DNA of 64,000 nucleotides from Dipteris shenzhenensis (taxonomy: Eukaryota): assembly GCA_047967505.1 (NCBI GenBank), contig CM106538.1; one strand, written 5' to 3'. Shown here one piece after another: positions 12,969-26,078 of this stretch. Each line of letters starts with the position of its first letter. The stretch's first letter is position 1. A program made the position numbers and the translations under genes. The notes beneath the pieces were generated by a model. It worked only from the letters and a program-made list of their open reading frames with translations, was not told the DNA's origin and searched no databases.

Positions 12969-13759
12969 TGGAAGGGGAAGGGGAAGGGGAAGGGGAAGGG
13001 AAAGGGAAAGAGAAGGAAAAAGAAAAGAAAGGGGAAGGGGAAAAGGGAAGAACACATAAGCAAAACTATCGTAGCGCATCTATAGATGCATCTAACAGCG
13101 CATCTACAGGTGCGGCTATCTATTTTTCCAAAAATTAGATGCATTGTTAGACGTGATGTTTGACGTGTCTATAGACGCACTCTGACAAATGCCTTTTTGA
13201 AAGAAATTGAAAAGGACATGCGCCCGATCCCAAAAAGAATAACACTAGTACCAAAAACATCCCTTCCCTGCATATGACAAAGGACACCGAATCCAAAGAG
13301 AGCAACTTCCAAAGAAAACCAACCGCCAAGAGACTTACCTTGGATAGAGGTATGGAAGCTTCTTGTCCTTCTTCAAAGCTACTTCTCTTTCTTCTCTTCC
13401 TTGTTCACCCTCTTCTCTTGTATGCTTAGGGATGACTGTGTAAGCTTGGAGATGAGTGTGGGTGCTTGGAGATAAGTGTGGATGCCTAGAGCTATGTCTA
13501 TTAATAGGAAAGCAAGCCATGCGACACTTAAAGTATGTGAAGCGCGCTAAAAGTAGGTTTGAAAATCAGCTCGCAGTCTATGCATCCAAAAGCACATCTA
13601 AACACGTGTCTAAAAGTGCATCTACACTATGTTTTAGATGCGCCTATAGATGCGTTCCATAGTACAGATGCGATGTTAGACGCACTTTTAGATGCTACAC
13701 AGAGTTTTGACATTTACAACTCATGCAAGAACACATTTTTTGGGTTGTTTATCTATAGG

Positions 13760-16700
13760 ATGTCTTCATCTTCAACAAGTAGCTCTAGTGAGGATGAATC
13801 CCTCCGTATCCACCATCGCAAAATGTGGTTGGAGCAAAAAATCAAATGTATGTGTGATCGATGTCGAGGAAACATGTATCGTGCACACAGAATTACACTC
13901 AATCATGTCTTAAAGTATGAAGAATGGGATGCGACCGTAAACATGGTAAGTGTTAAAGAGTTAAGGTTGATTGAGGTACCTATGAGTGTTCATATGTTTG
14001 ATATATGATCCTTTTTTAATTTAATACAGGATGCAATGCCACACCCGCATATGTTGCCCTATGCTCATCGTGAGGAGGCAAAGTGTCGATGATATGAGGT
14101 GGGATCTTCAGGACTGACCATTACGGATGTATGGAGTGATGGTGATAGTAGCCCTCCACCATTACCTCATGAGGTCGTGGAGGAGGAGGTGTTTGATGAT
14201 ATGGTGCGGGATTTATATGTCCATCAATCCTCAGATAGGGATGATAGCATGGAGCAAGATGATCTTTTTACTGCAGCATTGACTCCACTGTTTGAGGGGT
14301 GCACATTCTCTATTCTATGTGCCTCCCTTTAATTACTAAACTTGCAGACCATCTATGGATGGAGCAATGCAAGTTTAAATGCATTACTTAAGTAAGCTTT
14401 AAAGTCTATTTTGCAAACATGGTGAATTATGCTAGTGGGTTAATTACTCAAATGCTTTTTCTCATTTATGGTCTTCATGTGCAGGCTATTGTGTAAAATG
14501 CTTCCAAGGGAGAATAAATTACCGACCTCAAGAGACATCTGACCTCTCTTGGAGGATTAGATTACAAGCACATCCATGCATGCATCAATAATTGCATTAT
14601 GTTTCGTGGACCACATAAGGATGCAAGAAAGTGTCCTACTTATGGAGAGGCAAGATATAGAGCAAATCTCAAAACTTTGGATGTGCCTCATAAGGTTCTG
14701 CAACATTTTCTGCATCCAACATATGTTCAAGTGCAAATCCATTATAGAGCTCATGTCATGGCATTCCTCCCATCAATCAACTGATGGCCTTCACGTGCAG
14801 GCTATTGTGTAAAATGCTTCCAAGGGAGAATAAATTACTAACCTCAAGAGATATGGCAAGGCAGCATGTGACCTCTCTTGGAGGATTAGATTACAAGTGC
14901 ATCCATGCATGCGTTAATGATTGCGTTCTATTTCGTGGACCACATAATGATGCAAGAGAGTGTCCTACTTATGGAGAGGCAAGATATAGAGCAGATCTCA
15001 AAACTTTGGATGTGCCTCGTAAGGTTCTATGACATTTTCCCATAATCCCTTGCATCCAACATATGTTCAAGTGCAAATCCATTGCAGAGCTCATGTCATG
15101 GCATTCCTCCCATTGATCAACCAATGGCAAGTGGAGAACTCCCACAGACACTCCTGCATGGAAGCATATTGAAGACACAAGGAAGAACCTAGAAACTTGA
15201 GACTTGGATTGGGTATGGATGGTGTGAACCCATTTGGTTTCAAAAGCACCTCTTACAATGTATGGCCAATGATATTGGTGAATTATAATCTTCCACCCTC
15301 TATGGCGATTAAGAAAGGACATGTTATGTTATCCCTTCTAATTCCAAGGAAACATAAAGTGAAAAATCCTGATGTTTATTTGGAGCCTTTGATTGATGAG
15401 CTAGAGATACTTTGAAGAGGTATCAAGAACATTTGAATGGGACACAAGATTCCACAGGCATAAGGGAGGATCTATGCACCACAGGGAGGATGCATGAAGC
15501 TTGGCCACAAGAGAGGCCAAATGGGCATGTCTTTTTACCTTATGCACTGTGGAGGTTATCAAAGCTAGAGATGGTGGCGGTGAAATGAGCTATCACTACA
15601 ATTCATACTCCCACCGGATGCATGAGGTGTTTGAAGGGGGCCTTCACAAAGAGCAAGAAAAGAGGTGTAGAGCAATTATATGGCTTAAAATCTCATGATT
15701 GGCACAAGATGCTTCAAGTAAGTATTTTATGTGCATAATATCTTTTTCCTTTCAAATTTGTGAGTGAATTAGAAGTAACTAATCAACCATTCCTCATGTG
15801 TTCAGTTCATACTACCTACTAGCATTTCTCGTAGTGCATCAAAAAACATGAAGGATTGTATTTACAAGATGGGTGAGCTTGTGAGGTACTTTACATGATA
15901 CAAAATGTGAAGCGTATCAATGCTCCATGTAAGGTTTTCATATTGCTAATATGGTGTACTTTTTCCTTTCTAGGTATGTGAGCTCAAAGGAAATAGATCC
16001 CACCACGCTTGATAATGCTCGAGTTATGTCAGTGGAGGTGGTTTGTTTAGTGGAGGAGACATTTCCACGTTCTATTCTCACAAGCCAACTACATCTCATA
16101 GTGCATTTAGTGGATGAGATTGCTATATGCAGTACTGTACATGCACAATGGTTGTTCTTTCTTAAGTGCTTTATGAAGACCTTAAAGGGTTTCATGAGAC
16201 AAAATGCAAGGCCTGAATGTAACATGGCCAAGGGTTGGTTGGTACAAGAGTCACTTGTATATATTTCTGAGTTTCTTGTTGATGTGGATAGCTCTCTCCC
16301 ATGACTATGGAGAGATGATGAAGACCTAAGGATGACCTCTATTGTGCCTCAAGGGAAATGACGGAGCAAAGTAATAGACACAGCGTTGCTTAATAATATC
16401 AACCTTTATTGCATGCTTAATAGTGATGTGATGAAAAGATGGGTGACAAGATACGAGGATGCAAAGGCAAGAAGCTAAGAAGAAAGGGCCCTCTTTCGTA
16501 CACACCACGGATCTCGTGTGCCATATCCTCAGCATCTAAGAGCACTTCCAAATGATATTCATGTGGATTGGCTACTTAACGAAATGGAGAGAGCAAAGAG
16601 AGACGAGGGGATACATCACAATAAAAGAATGGGAGTATGCTAGGGGATGCATGAAGAAGGTCAGTATATAGAATGTTATGCATAAGTTAGGAGCTTCTAA

Positions 16701-17494
16701 CAATTTAGATTGCTTATTTAATTGATTTTATCTTGGTGTAGTGTACTATGTTCAATGCTATATGGTGTGAGAGCAAGCATTTTTGAACACAATGGATTGA
16801 TGATAAGAGAAACACACAAGATTGCAGCGTCATGGCTAGCTTTGAGGGAGCCAATGGAGCCATGGATGATTATTGTAGCATAATCCAAGATATTATTAAG
16901 CTTGACTTTTGATGCTTCTTTGTGTATGTTTTGGATGTAAAGTGGTTTAAGGACATGGTGGAAAGAGGGCCTAATACAACAATCAAATGCCATGCAAGTG
17001 GCTTTGTAACTATTGACTCCACAAAGTTTTGGCAAAGTAAGTAGGACACACTAGTACTACCGTAACAATGTGAACAGGTATTGTATACACATATAAAAAT
17101 ACTCACTTTTAAATATTTGATACCTTCGATGCAAGGAAAATAACATGATTGGTGGATAATAATAGGTGGTGGCATGTCATACCTATTACGCCACGTTCCA
17201 AAGTGATGTATAGTACATTTACTAATATGGAGCGTATGGAGGATGATCATGGCCATGGAGGTGATGATTACCATTGATACGAGAGAGGAGAATGATCATG
17301 AGATAGGAGATACAGATATTGAGACCATTACCCGTGAGGATGAGCCTACCATTGGTGATGCTGATTTCGATGAGCACATGAGTAGCACAAGTAGTAGTGC
17401 GCTGAATGTATTTGTAGATCTCAACACTAGTTTGGATTTTGAAGTAGATAGTTTGGCAAGGGTTGATCTCATTGAGGATGAGATTGAACCGTAG
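13760..17494 (+). mobile_element. CACTA/EnSpm transposase (TnpD) pseudogene, multi-exon
   Basis: Transposase-associated domain (IKCMCDRCRG...HVLKY), IHACVNDCVLFRG, Transposase_21 core (LGLGMDGVNPFG...WPMILVNYNLPP...DVYLEPLIDEL), DUF4218 (LKSHDWHKMLQ, HLIVHLVDE, KGFMRQNARPE), DUF4216-like region and an acidic tail. Many stops. Confidence 0.92.
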
Positions 17495-17669
17495 CCCTGA
17501 ACCATAGCCCATCATTGATATTGGCAAAACTATTTTACATATTGTCTCATTCTCCTCACCTCACTTAATTTTTGTATATGTGGGTTTGCCAAAAAGCATT
17601 GATATTCTTATTAAAATTATGTGCTTTGGTAATCATGGGCAATATTTGGAAAGCAGTGATGTACATTTG

Positions 17670-18026
17670 TCTAAATTCGCGTCTAATTCACAGTGCAGAT
17701 GCGCTAATAGGTGCGCTACTAGACGCACCAAAATCTTACTTTTTATATTCTCTGTTTTGCGTCTAAATTCGCGTCTAATAGATGTAAATTTATCAGCTTG
17801 TACCAAAATCTTACTTTCTATATTCTCTATTTTACGTCTAAATTCGCGTCTAATTCGCAGTGCAGATGCGCTAATAGACGCGCTATTAGACGCACAAATA
17901 GACGTACTATTAGACACGCCCGTATTTTTACTATTCTAACAGTGCTTATAGATGCGCTCGCTATTTTGCACGTCTATCAAGTGCGTCTATAGTTGCTTTG
18001 TCTTGTTGTGCCCATGTCTTGTAGTG
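17670..18026 (+). mobile_element. CACTA right terminus: TAGACGC/GCGTCTA subterminal repeats and TIR TCTTGTAGTG
   Basis: 18017-18026 TCTTGTAGTG is the reverse complement of CACTACAAGA. Clustered TAGACGC/GCGTCTA motifs precede it. Confidence 0.8.
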
Positions 18027-18301
18027 ATTCTACTTCACACCCATGGTAATAAAAGGGATAGGGATAAGTGTTTTTAAAAAAACGATGGAGATTGAGGTAA
18101 TTTTTAATGTTGATTCAAAGAATGTGTGCATAGAATTGAACAAGAAGATGAAGATGCTAAGAGAAGAACATGATAGAAAAAACTCATAGTTTGTAGTATA
18201 TTGCAACAAAAAATCAACCATGCTTCCATGAAGAAACTATACTAATAGCCAGCAACTTTTTATAAAGTAGATTGATAAAATAAGAATACACGTATGATGA
18301 C

Positions 18302-18338
18302 GAGATGGAGATGGAGATGGAGATGGAGATGGAGATGG
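18302..18338 (+). repeat. (GAGATG)n hexamer microsatellite
   Basis: About six tandem GAGATG units. Confidence 0.9.
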
Positions 18339-18822
18339 ATTCGGAACAAGACAATAATTAAAAGAAGGTGACTGAACAACGTACCCTAGATCATGAATAA
18401 CAGAGAGGAGAAAGTGTAGATTAAAGGTAGATTAAGAGAACCATGACAAAAATAATGAAAAAGAGATGAAAATGATAGTTATGGGCCTTTCCAAAAAGTT
18501 GCTGCGTCAATATTCCAAATTTCCCACAGCCTGGCAACACAAAATCCTGTTGCGGGAGGGATTAGTGTCACAGTCTGTAGGAATTAAGAGCCTGTGCAAA
18601 GAATTGAACGTATGAAATGGTCAGTATAAACGAGCACTCCTCTCTTTGGAATATATATAGAGCGTAGAACGCCACAGAACATCCAAGGAATCATTCACAT
18701 AAACGTGCAAAAGCACATCGACAGAAGAACACCGTATAATTCGAACTGAACATGCGGCGCACACATATAGCAGGAAGATCTTCGAGGCAATATTTTTAAA
18801 TTCCTTTATGCTCTGTATAGCT

Positions 18823-19482
18823 TCATGCAATCACGCTTACATCCTCTTCCCAACCCTGATCCTGCCATTGCGCCCAGATTTCGTCCTTGCAGCTGCTACC
18901 TCCTTCAAAGTGTGACTCGCTTGGCCCCGAGTCAGCAGGGCCACGCTGAATCAAAGATGTATTGCACGTAGAATTATATGAACTGGAAACTGCAGAATAA
19001 CTGGTTGTCAAGCTGCTCGGATCGCTTGACGGACGTGAATGAGACAAATTGCCAGGCTGAACAGCTGCATAAACGATCTTCGAGGGATTGTTGATAGCGG
19101 AACGACAGTTAATAGTATTTCTTCGGTCGTAAGCTGCTCCTTCAGCCATAGCAGCCGTTTGGACAATTTTCGGGCTGTAATCGCCCGAATCTCTAGCGAT
19201 TCCAATCTGTGGACGCGAGTGGGCTGGGAAGTTCAGGCGCGCACCGGGTCCCCGGAGGTAAAGCAAGGCGGTATCATAAGCGCGAGCAGCTGCCTCTGGT
19301 GTGTGATAAGAGCCCAACCATATGCGAGATCTCTTGTGAGGCTCGCGAATTTCCGACACCCACTTCCCCCAGGAGCGCTTGCGTACTCCGCGGTAGATGC
19401 AAGATTTAGTTTTCCCGTTGGATGAATTGCGATTTTGTCGTTGATCAGCATGCATTGGATTCGCAAACTCTAGATCTGTCAT
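18823..19482 (-). CDS. AP2/ERF transcription factor, DREB subfamily (A-5 / group II, RAP2.1-like), intronless
   Basis: Complete AP2 domain [57 protein letters not shown] with the DREB-diagnostic V14/E19. A post-domain [17 protein letters not shown] motif and an acidic C-terminus follow. The first in-frame ATG is at 19482 and the ORF is uninterrupted. Confidence 0.93.
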   Translation of the reverse strand: MTDLEFANPMHADQRQNRNSSNGKTKSCIYRGVRKRSWGKWVSEIREPHKRSRIWLGSYHTPEAAARAYDTALLYLRGPGARLNFPAHSRPQIGIARDSGDYSPKIVQTAAMAEGAAYDRRNTINCRSAINNPSKIVYAAVQPGNLSHSRPSSDPSSLTTSYSAVSSSYNSTCNTSLIQRGPADSGPSESHFEGGSSCKDEIWAQWQDQGWEEDVSVIA

Positions 19483-19933
19483 GCTACAAAGTTGTACTCG
19501 TGTACGCAAATAGAAACGGAAGGAAACCAATGCAAAGAGCGTTAATCCTATGTATGAATTTCAAGAGAAAACAAATAACTGCGACAACGGCTGACGAGGT
19601 CTGAAAACTGATCACAATACAAACGGCGCAGCGTGCTACAATATCAATACTGGAACGTGCTTGTATGACTTCGTAAAACGTGCTGATGCTAACTCTACTT
19701 CACATGGGATACAACAATCGAATGGTGGACGAGTTTGCAAGAGAAAGAATGTAACGACAAGCGCTAAGATGGCTACGCCTTGCTGGGCAGCAATCTATCT
19801 TTCTATAGCAGCCGTGATTCGTAAGGGATGAATGGCAAATTGCAATCAATTTTTGTGAAGAGATCATGCCATTTTCTCGTTTAATGACTTGCAGGAGGCG
19901 AATTTTGTGCAATTGGAGCACGATTTTCTTCCA

Positions 19934-19941
19934 CCACGTGG
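19934..19941. promoter_or_regulatory. G-box/ABRE CCACGTGG upstream of the DREB gene
   Basis: Perfect palindromic CCACGTGG about 450 bp upstream of the ATG. Two further ACGTGC cores lie at ~19656 and ~19678. Confidence 0.4.
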
Positions 19942-21829
19942 GAAGTGTGCTCATTTGATAGACGGAGTCTCAAACATTCCTCCCCACAAGACTCCGTATC
20001 TTTCGTCCAAGACTGCGTGATGATAATGGTCCGCCACTAAGTCGAGTAGTATAGCATCTCTCTGATTGAGCAATAACTTCCGTGCCCGTCTGGTCTTTAA
20101 TTATCTCGGCTTCAAGAAATCTTTCTATATTGGAATCTGCATTTTAATTTCTTTTGTCATTCTTTCACATTTTTGCCAACTTGGACCTTTTCCACAGTAG
20201 TAAATTCAAAGTGGATGACTTGGAGTGCAAGTTGCCAACTTGGAACCAATATTCAAAGTCACGGATGACTTGGAGTGCAAGTTGCCAACTTGGAGCCAAT
20301 AGAGTGCACTCCAAGTTGTTAACATGTAGCCAATAGTTTTGCAGGTGGGGAGCCCACAAAGGTGGGTCAAAGAGGCTCCACTCTATGATTTTGACTAGTT
20401 CCACAAGCTACTTCTTCATTGGTGGGGCTTGACTTGTTGAACTGCAAGCATATCCATGACTCATAGGCTTATGTCATAGAGGCTAAATATATGAGAAATA
20501 GAGGGGGAAATCCTCACACATACACAAGACCAAGGAGCATCTCTCCTATTTCCCTTACCCTTAAAGACAAGTTAACAAGACACCTTTATGATGTGAAGTT
20601 TCTTTATAGCTCCCTCTCATTTATCCTTTTACATTATCTCATGCACCATGAGAATAACTTCACAATTATGCTCTTCCAAGGGGGGTGGGCGGGGGTGTTG
20701 GTCAAAGTGGGGACCCATCCCTCAATTATAATTTTGTACCTACTTGGAAGATATTAATACTCTTACCTATCAACCTATTGACTCACACCTTTTAGTTATA
20801 GCTACCTTCTTACTCTTGCTAATATGTTACTCATATATTACAGATTTCCATGTCCTGATTCTAGTCCACCTCATCACTCATCATTCACTTGGCTCTGCGC
20901 CAAGTCTCTTGATGAGATACATACAAATTACCTCGAGGGATTCACCAAAATACAGGTAAGTTATCCCTTGGGTTTAGATGAAGGGGTTTTTGAAATCAAT
21001 CTTCCAAGGTAAATTGATAGAGATTACAAAAGATCTTAAGTTTGGAATACAAGGGGCCTACACCAATTTCCAACGTGCAATATAGACAACCACCCTCAAA
21101 AAACATTTTCAAACTTTTTATGGCATATTTTTTTAGGGCAAACAATAAAAAAGTAAATAATTTGCTTCAAAGACATGTTTTCATAAAAGGGGGCTCCTAT
21201 ACATTCTCAACATTCATGATCGTGAATAAGTTTTAAATGACTTCATGCACAGTGCCCTACCCTACCAATTCCAATGTGCAATATAGAAAACCACATAACT
21301 CACAAGACGTGTCCAAACTATGTATTGTATATTCCTTTAGTGTAAACATTGAACTTCTTTTGCACATTATAAGAAGACACCAAAAAATCCTCTTAAAGTG
21401 AATACTTATTTTTATCTCCAAACTCTTATGATGATATAAATGTATGCATATAAATTCTAAAATTATACTAGTAAATGAAAACCATGAGCACAGCAATCTG
21501 CATAACATTTAATCATTCATACTTGCTACCCAAGTGTAGGAGAAATAACGTGCGTATAGATTATCACTCAAATATTACCAGCAAGACCCTATTTTCTACA
21601 TGCATATTCACATTCTTTAGCATGCCACTATACAAGAATTATAAAATTTGTTTTTCAACTTTCAAGTGTCATCAAAACTAATCATGCATATAAAATATTG
21701 GTTTAAATTTTATATTCCATGAACATTTATACATGTGTTTATGGTTCCTTAGTGCATCATAAACATTAACAATCACAAAAATTTTGCTCAAAACCCCTAT
21801 TAAATCAAAGAGTGGATGTAATTTTTATT

Positions 21830-22330
21830 CTAAAGTTAAGATGCCCATACCTTTGGTTCCATAGTTGAGAGTCTATATGTGTAATCACATATACTCTCTA
21901 ACCAAGAATTGTGACCACCAACCTATAAAAAATGTGATCTTTGAATCCATGTCCAATTATATCTTTTTTATTGAATAAGAGAACTTTCTTCTCATCAAAG
22001 AGAACTCAAGTCAGCTGATCAGCACATTATATGATTCAATTTGATAGTAGATTCATGGTAATTCTCATACATAAAGAATATCACAAATGGATTTATCTTA
22101 CCATTCAAAAGCTAGGCTGATACATCTCGAATTCCTTTGGTTGTAAGTGGACGATTATCTCCTAGAAGAACATCTGGAGCCCTATTGACTTGATCAAGTG
22201 TCTTGAACTAATCATGTCTACAATACATGTGTTATGAAGCACCTGAGTGCACTCTCCACAAATTTCAATCAATTGTATTTGAAACACTAAAAGATGTGCA
22301 TAAGTTGATGTCCTCGAGATGTTTAAGGTC
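21830..22330 (-). mobile_element. Highly degenerate Ty1/Copia protease and GAG-pre-integrase fragment
   Basis: Minus-strand reading through stops gives LWRVHSGAS*HMYCRHD*FKTL...VLLGDNRPLTTKG (Copia protease WxxDSGASxHM), then LWNQRYGHLNF (GAG-pre-integrase LWHxRxGH). Confidence 0.7.
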
Positions 22331-23312
22331 TCTACATTAGCTATCTATGGCAATCGGCATCCTTATCATCTCACAATCCATGTTGAATGAGGCATCACCT
22401 CAAGATTCCTATGGTTTAAGTGGCAAGGCTACAAATCTAGCCACTGCCATGGGGTAAGAATATATTGCCCTAGATTTCACAAGATACTAGACCAAATCGG
22501 GTGAAAATATCTACTACCAAGAGGTGGAAAACAAAGAACTTAGAGAAAAGGTGGTGGAAATCTTGGAAGGAGACACCACATGAAGAAGCTTGGAGTGAGG
22601 CACTATGAGATAAGAAAGTACAAGAGCTCCATTTTCTTGGTTAATGAAAGAGACAATGAAGGAATTGAAAGATAGCCCTTTTCCTCCTTGGAAGAGTCAT
22701 CTAAAATAGCTCTAGTTTCCTTTCTTGACGACATTAACTTAAGCATAGTCAATGCAAGTCGATAACTATCATGAGCAAAGACATGCAACTTATAAGTTGA
22801 GAAGAGGAGAACCATCTTTCATACCAAAGTGATTCATTAACCTTGGGGTGGTAACAATTTTTGAAATTGTTTATAATGAAAAGATCTATAATCAATCCTC
22901 AACCTTCTTGTTTGAATCAATTAAATCTTTATTTAATAGCGAAATTGAGGTGTATTCAAGCTTACTTCCATTTTGTGTTTAAATTGGTTGTGTTTGGGAT
23001 GGGGAGTTTGTACAATTTAAAAATAAAAATAAAAATAGGGAATTAATGTAAATTAAAATTAAAATTTTTGTATTCCCTCTATGTATGTGTGTGTGTGTGT
23101 AAAAGAAAAGGCATGTAGGTGCGTTTTGAGAAAAAGAGAAAGAGTGGAAGCACGTTAACCCACTCAAAAAAGCATTTCCATGAAAAATTCTAAGAAGCAC
23201 AATTGAATAGCACGTTTTGGCTTTGTTTGTAAGTGAGCATAATGTTAATTGGCAGTTACACTCAGCCCATACGTGGAGTTTCTCTATCTTTTGAATTTGA
23301 ATTGCAGTTACA

Positions 23313-23467
<155 letters not shown>

Positions 23468-24177
23468 TCACTCTCACATGCACAGAGGTGTAGTCTTCAT
23501 CCTACCTGCTCCATCACCAGCTCTCTCTCTAACAGAGGTGCAATATTCCTCCTGCTTCTTCCATCACCAGAAATTGTTGTCCTCCCTCTCACTCACTCTA
23601 CTGTTGCTACTGTAGGTGACATTGCAGTGTCTAGACTACCTCTCTCTCACACACACTCACACACAGGTGCAAGCTTCCTCCTGCCTACTCCATCACCAAG
23701 AATCCTTGTTGAGTCGGTGTATTCTCTAGTGTGGACTCACTCTCTCTCCAACTACATGAATCATTTTAGACTACATTAAAGGGGCTACTGCAATCTTGTC
23801 AAGACCTGCTTGCAATCAAGCTTTCTTGAAGCTTTGGTAAGTATGCTCACCATAGTCACCAGATCTTGCTACTTCAACTTGCTCTTTTTTTAAAACACTT
23901 CGAGTTATGGATTTGATGTAGAAAGTTGTATGGATTCTTGGTTTATATTGTTGATTGTTCAAAGCGTTGCTTAGTTCCACATTTTTGTATGTGTGCTACA
24001 TAGAATATTCCATTACTCATAGTCTTGAAGTCTTTGTCTCCTCTTCACTATGTTGGGCATCTTCATCTTTGTCTCCTCACTTGTCTTGTTGTCTAAAGTC
24101 CCAATCCTCACTCAATCCTCATGGCACATGAAAAGAAACCCCCAATCTAGCCATAATGACAAATTGCCTATGTTGCA

Positions 24178-24460
24178 TGCTAGCCTTTGATGAAATTATA
24201 GATCTTTCCAAGTACACTTCAGCAGCCAGGGGAACAGGATAAAGAGGATGAGAGGATTACAAAGAATATTACTATCTCCTAAGTGTACATGATATCTATA
24301 ATTTCATGGAAGCTTGTGTTGTGTGCTAGCCTTTGATGAAATTATAGATCTTTCCAAGTACACTTCGGCAGCCAGTAGAACAAGATGAAAAGGAAGAGAG
24401 GATTACAAAGAATATTGCTCTCTCTTAAGTGTATGGGAGATATCTATAATTTCATGGAAG
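24178..24460 (+). repeat. Tandem duplication, period ~146 bp
   Basis: TGCTAGCCTTTGATGAAATTATAGATCTTTCCAAGTACACTTC... at 24178 and 24324. Both copies end ...ATCTATAATTTCATGGAAG. Confidence 0.9.
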
Positions 24461-25169
24461 GCTATACAGTGGGTTTCTTTTCATGTGCTAAAGATGTGGA
24501 CTGTCATATGCTAGTTAATGCTAGTTAGGACCTGAAGTATGATGCTAGGGACTTGCTTTTGAAGTCCTTGAAAATAATTGTCATATAAAAATCTTTTTGC
24601 CCAAGTTCTACCCTCTCCAAGTTATTTATCTTTACATCATTCAAAGTCACAACTAAAAAAGGCTATTCGATTAGCTTGACTGAGTAATTGACAGTGGGAA
24701 CAATGAAATCTAAGGCCTTTTGAGGTAGGACTTGTGGGCTGAATAGCACAAATAGTGTGCTATAGAGCATACATGGTGCACATAGCTCCACATCTATGTG
24801 TGCACTCAAATTGTGCACTATGTAGCAAATTTTGTGGGGTGTATAGCCTTGTATAGCAGAGATAGTGTTGTATAGTGCATACATGTTGTGCCCCATCTTT
24901 GTGTATTGAAATTGTCTGCTATGTTGCTGTAGTGTGCCACATAACATATGCACATTAACTGTTCAGAGCATTGCTTAGTTCCGAGCCTGCACTGAATCGT
25001 AGGTTTTGCATTTACAGCAGTTGAGCTACCAACAAGTTGAGCCAATGCAAGGCAACATGGGAAGATCCATTGAACCAACAGTATGGGACAATGTCATAAG
25101 GGATTATGAATCTAGAAAGAAAAGAGAGCCACGCACAAGAGACAAATGCAGGAGGGAGGTTACTATACA

Positions 25170-25722
25170 TAGAATTGATGACTTGCAGAAGTGAAGGATT
25201 GTTAACAAAACTGTGAAAATTTTTGATAGCATGATAGCTGGCATGGGTGCAAAACTCAGGACTGAACTTTTCAATTCAATATTGCAACATCCTTGGGTCT
25301 AATTGCTTCATGACCTTTCATCAAGAGAAAAAGGTGAGGTTCAAGCATGCCTCACTAACAATGTTCGCAGTACAGTGGCCATTATAAAGCAACCAGCTTC
25401 CAAAGATGAGTTGTTTTTTAAGAAAAGTGCATTGACTATGCTAATGAACTCCAGTCAGTGCATTCCCTCAGAAAAGGTCTCAAGAGTACTTCAAGTTCCT
25501 AGGCATAGCTTGTATGAGGCAAGATCCAGAGTCTATGCACGGGCTGATGATAGTGGAAGCAACACCACACTAGCCCAATTAGTGATGAAATAAAGGAGCT
25601 TGTATAATCATTTTGGGAGGCCGAGATGCGTGTTTCCCGCAATAATAAGGACATGTGCCGATAAAGAGTTGGTAGAAATATTTACATCAAGCACCCAATG
25701 CACCTTCTCGAGGAGCCTCAAG
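25170..25722 (+). mobile_element. Second Sola2-like transposase, N-terminal fragment cut by the Copia insertion
   Basis: SFWEAEMRVSRNNKDMCR*RVGRNIYIKHPMHLLEEPQ (~25608-25720) aligns by eye with QFWEEHCRVSPVFKKAVRKRVSCGVYIEHGACFLECTQ of the element at 6.2-9.0 kb. Confidence 0.65.
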
Positions 25723-25850
25723 TGCTACCCTACTAAAGTGCATGATTGATAGTGCCTACTCTGCAACTTACCACTGACATGATAGTTACAGTATGATATG
25801 TTGATTTCCACTGTCATATGTTATTAACCAAAATCATGGGATGGTTTCCT

Positions 25851-26066
25851 TGTTGCGAGATCACGCTCAACATCATGTGATCATATGTGCATAGCACTAA
25901 CCCAATAGAGTGCTATAAAGGAAAGGGTTAGATGCGCTAGCCCTAACCCTAAATGGGTTTGTATATATTCTACATTTTCAACTAAATCTAGTGTATAGTT
26001 AGTCATTTGTGGTGTGCCCTCTCTCCTCATCTCCACTCTTCTCCTCTCCCCTCTTCAGATTTGTCA
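25851..26066 (+). repeat. 5' LTR of Ty1/Copia element (left boundary approximate)
   Basis: Starts TGTTG and ends CA immediately before a PBS. Confidence 0.6.
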
Positions 26067-26078
26067 TGGTATCAGATC
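26067..26078 (+). other. Primer binding site for tRNA-iMet
   Basis: TGGTATCAGATC is one mismatch from the canonical TGGTATCAGAGC and lies directly after the LTR-terminal CA. Confidence 0.85.
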
